From NCBI GenBank assembly GCA_903876865.1, contig CAIRBY010000700.1:6-64005 (forward strand): a DNA stretch of 64,000 bases. Direction: 5' to 3'. Positions 62,092 to 64,000 of this stretch are shown here, piece after piece (position 1 is the first letter of the stretch; every line of letters starts with the position of its first letter). The translations under genes were made by a program, and so were the position numbers. The notes beneath the pieces were generated by a model. It did not search any database. It was given only the letters and a program-made list of their open reading frames with translations, and was not told where the DNA came from. This DNA is from an uncultured Acidobacteriia bacterium. Lineage in GTDB: Bacteria > Acidobacteriota > Terriglobia > Bryobacterales > Bryobacteraceae.

Positions 62092-64000
62092 CCAGGACTT
62101 TGCCCGCCCGGCCGATGGTAAAGCGCGTGCGCCCGTCCGCACCCGGTTGGAAGCGGAACTCGTCGCTCACCGCGGGGATAGGATCTCCGTAACGGTAGGG
62201 GACCATCACCACCCGAAAATTCGCGGTCACCGCGCGCACACTGGCGGTCAGGCGGTCGTAAAGCCCGTCGACCGGTTCTTCGACCGTCTCCACCTGCACG
62301 GTAACTCCCGGAGTCAGCACCGTCACGAGCAGCAGCGGATCGCCGGCTTTTGGCGTGATCGGCAGCTTGCCAGCCAGGATCTTCGTAGCGGGAGGGCCCG
62401 CGGCCAGCACGATCTGATTGGAGGCGAGATGATCCACCTGGGCCTGCCACACGCCGGGTCCCAACATGCCGGTCCATTGGTACAGGTGCGGGGATAAATC
62501 CATTTTCAGGTCGTCCACCACTAGAGCATAAGGGTGTGTACCGCGAACCATGCCTGCCGAGCGGAAGACGTATTCCATGGGCAGATTCGGCTGCCGCAGA
62601 GTCGGCAGCCAGTTGGTGAAGTCGTAAGTCGCCCACCAGATGCGGGCCTTATAACGCTGCGTGCCCCGAAACATAGCGACAATCTCCGGACCCGGTTCCA
62701 GTTCCCATTTGCCTGGCCGCGCCGGGTCGCTGGTTCCGCTCCAGCTCTCGGTCTGCGTGTTCCAACTGTATTGGTAGGCGTAAGTCAGATCGGCTGTGGC
62801 AAATCCTGCATCCGGAGTCAGAGCCGCTCCCAGGTATTTGCCGCGTGCGTTATAGCGCTCCTCGGCCTTTCCATCCACCAGGACCTCATTGTGCAGCCTC
62901 CCGGGATAGCTCTTCACGAAGGGCGATTCGGTAAACCAGTTCACTCCTTCTCCCGCCATATAGAACATGCCGGCATCGGCGTGATGATGGCCGGCTCCCT
63001 CATAGTGATTCGGCCGCACGTGGAGGAACATCCAGGTAGCATCCTCGCGATTGGAACTGGCAGCCGACATCTCGCCGTGCACCGGATCTGTCCATTGGTT
63101 GGGCATCTGCAAATCGGCGCGATGGGTGGGCTTCCAGTCGGTGTTGTACAGCACGCCGTAAACCATGGCGGGATAGGTGATGCCCGGCAGGCGCAGACGA
63201 TTGCCGTTCTTCGCGATCTGCGCGCGATAGGCTTCCGCATCGAACCGCGCCAGATCGAGGCCGGGTTCGTGGTTAGTCAACAGGTAATCGGCAAACTGGC
63301 TCTCGGGATAGAACGCTTTGATTTCGTTCAGCGATTGGAACTCCAGCGGACCGCCTCCCCAGGTTCCGCTGGTCACGGTGGCATGGCCATTCGGCGCGGT
63401 GGCATAGACCTGGGCCTCGAGCATCTTGCGCCAGTGGGGATGGCCCCAGAGATTGTTGCCCCGGCGCGCCAGTACGTTCATGGACAGAATCAGGAATTGC
63501 ATCCCGCCTCCGTTCTTGCCATTGCCTTCGAACATCTGGCCGTGGTCGTCCACGCCCCACTCCAGGAAATCCTGCACGGTCTCCGCGCCGGAGGCATAAG
63601 CCTCCGCGTCGAAGCCCTCCAGCCCTTCAATCGAAGCGATCGCCAGAAAATGTGGCAGGTCCCAGGTCACCCAGTTGACGTTGCGCTGGCGGCGCGGGCC
63701 ATCCTGCCCGTAACTGCGGCGGCCGTAGGTGGCTTTGGCGATCACCCGGCGCATCAGGTCCTTCTGCTCCGGTGTCATCCACTTGCCGCCGAAATCCAGA
63801 GCAAACGCCAGATCCATGTGGCCCACCAGCCCGTGCATGCCGCGCCATTGCGTTCCGGCGCCGTTGGCAGCATCCGCCGAAGTGCCGAATTCGCTGTCGG
63901 AGGTCTTGAGGTAGTCGTCGAGCGCCGGCTCACCCGCCTGGTAATAGTGGTAGATGGCGGTAGCGACTTGCCTGCCCAACGTGTCGTCGCCGGTCAGCAG
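62078..64000 (-). CDS. heparinase II/III-like polysaccharide lyase (partial, N-terminus beyond window)
   Basis: The frame stays open to position 64000. The block HYEGAGHHHADAGMFYMAGEGVNWFTESPF...HNEVLVDG is typical of the heparinase II/III C-terminal domain. Confidence 0.78.
   Translation of the reverse strand: MLTGDDTLGRQVATAIYHYYQAGEPALDDYLKTSDSEFGTSADAANGAGTQWRGMHGLVGHMDLAFALDFGGKWMTPEQKDLMRRVIAKATYGRRSYGQDGPRRQRNVNWVTWDLPHFLAIASIEGLEGFDAEAYASGAETVQDFLEWGVDDHGQMFEGNGKNGGGMQFLILSMNVLARRGNNLWGHPHWRKMLEAQVYATAPNGHATVTSGTWGGGPLEFQSLNEIKAFYPESQFADYLLTNHEPGLDLARFDAEAYRAQIAKNGNRLRLPGITYPAMVYGVLYNTDWKPTHRADLQMPNQWTDPVHGEMSAASSNREDATWMFLHVRPNHYEGAGHHHADAGMFYMAGEGVNWFTESPFVKSYPGRLHNEVLVDGKAEERYNARGKYLGAALTPDAGFATADLTYAYQYSWNTQTESWSGTSDPARPGKWELEPGPEIVAMFRGTQRYKARIWWATYDFTNWLPTLRQPNLPMEYVFRSAGMVRGTHPYALVVDDLKMDLSPHLYQWTGMLGPGVWQAQVDHLASNQIVLAAGPPATKILAGKLPITPKAGDPLLLVTVLTPGVTVQVETVEEPVDGLYDRLTASVRAVTANFRVVMVPYRYGDPIPAVSDEFRFQPGADGRTRFTIGRAGKVLANVR

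Noticed and set aside
1-64000. CRISPR arrays, tRNA/rRNA genes, integrons and long direct repeats.
   Set aside because: By eye I saw no regularly spaced repeats, no cloverleaf-like T-arm/anticodon context, and no rRNA-like conserved stretches. This scan is not exhaustive, so tRNAscan/Infernal should confirm.

Overview
High-GC (about 60-65% by eye) bacterial chromosomal segment. It looks acidobacterial: TonB-dependent receptors with a carboxypeptidase-regulatory N-domain, a Solibacter-type C-terminal Ig-like domain, and a Bat/MoxR aerotolerance operon. No rRNA, tRNA or CRISPR array was seen.

Layout:
- 0-5 kb: the tail end of a phage capsid gene, then a translationally coupled lacI / EEP phosphoesterase / lipid kinase / Tat-signal aminotransferase operon.
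- 5-14 kb: a large secreted protein, an orphan IorB-like molybdoenzyme subunit, and an NMT1-type ABC importer.
- 15-20.6 kb: a six-gene MoxR/DUF58/VWA/Bat operon.
- 20.6-27 kb: a secreted bicupin, a TonB receptor and a periplasmic asparaginase.
- 27-53 kb: the most interesting block. It holds all five core coenzyme F420 biosynthesis genes (cofC, cofG, cofH, cofE, cofD) in three loci. These are interleaved with an Fgd-type F420-dependent dehydrogenase, PPOX- and LLM-class oxidoreductases, and two xanthine-dehydrogenase-family molybdenum hydroxylase modules, each with a paralogous DASS transporter. A cyclic amidohydrolase and an M20 amidohydrolase are also present. Ten copies of one PurR/LacI-type palindrome, always paired in intergenic regions, tie these genes together.
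- 53.2-60.3 kb: a degraded, lower-GC mosaic island. It contains an IS remnant, an AAA ATPase pseudogene split by about 5.4 kb of foreign DNA, an orphan phage tail-fibre-like gene and a truncated TonB receptor.
- 60.5-64 kb: a secreted hydrolase-like protein and a heparinase II/III-like gene that runs off the window.

Limits: all family calls come from reading motifs in the supplied translations. No BLAST or HMM search was possible. Many start codons were re-chosen by eye from signal peptides, SD sequences and stop/start overlaps.
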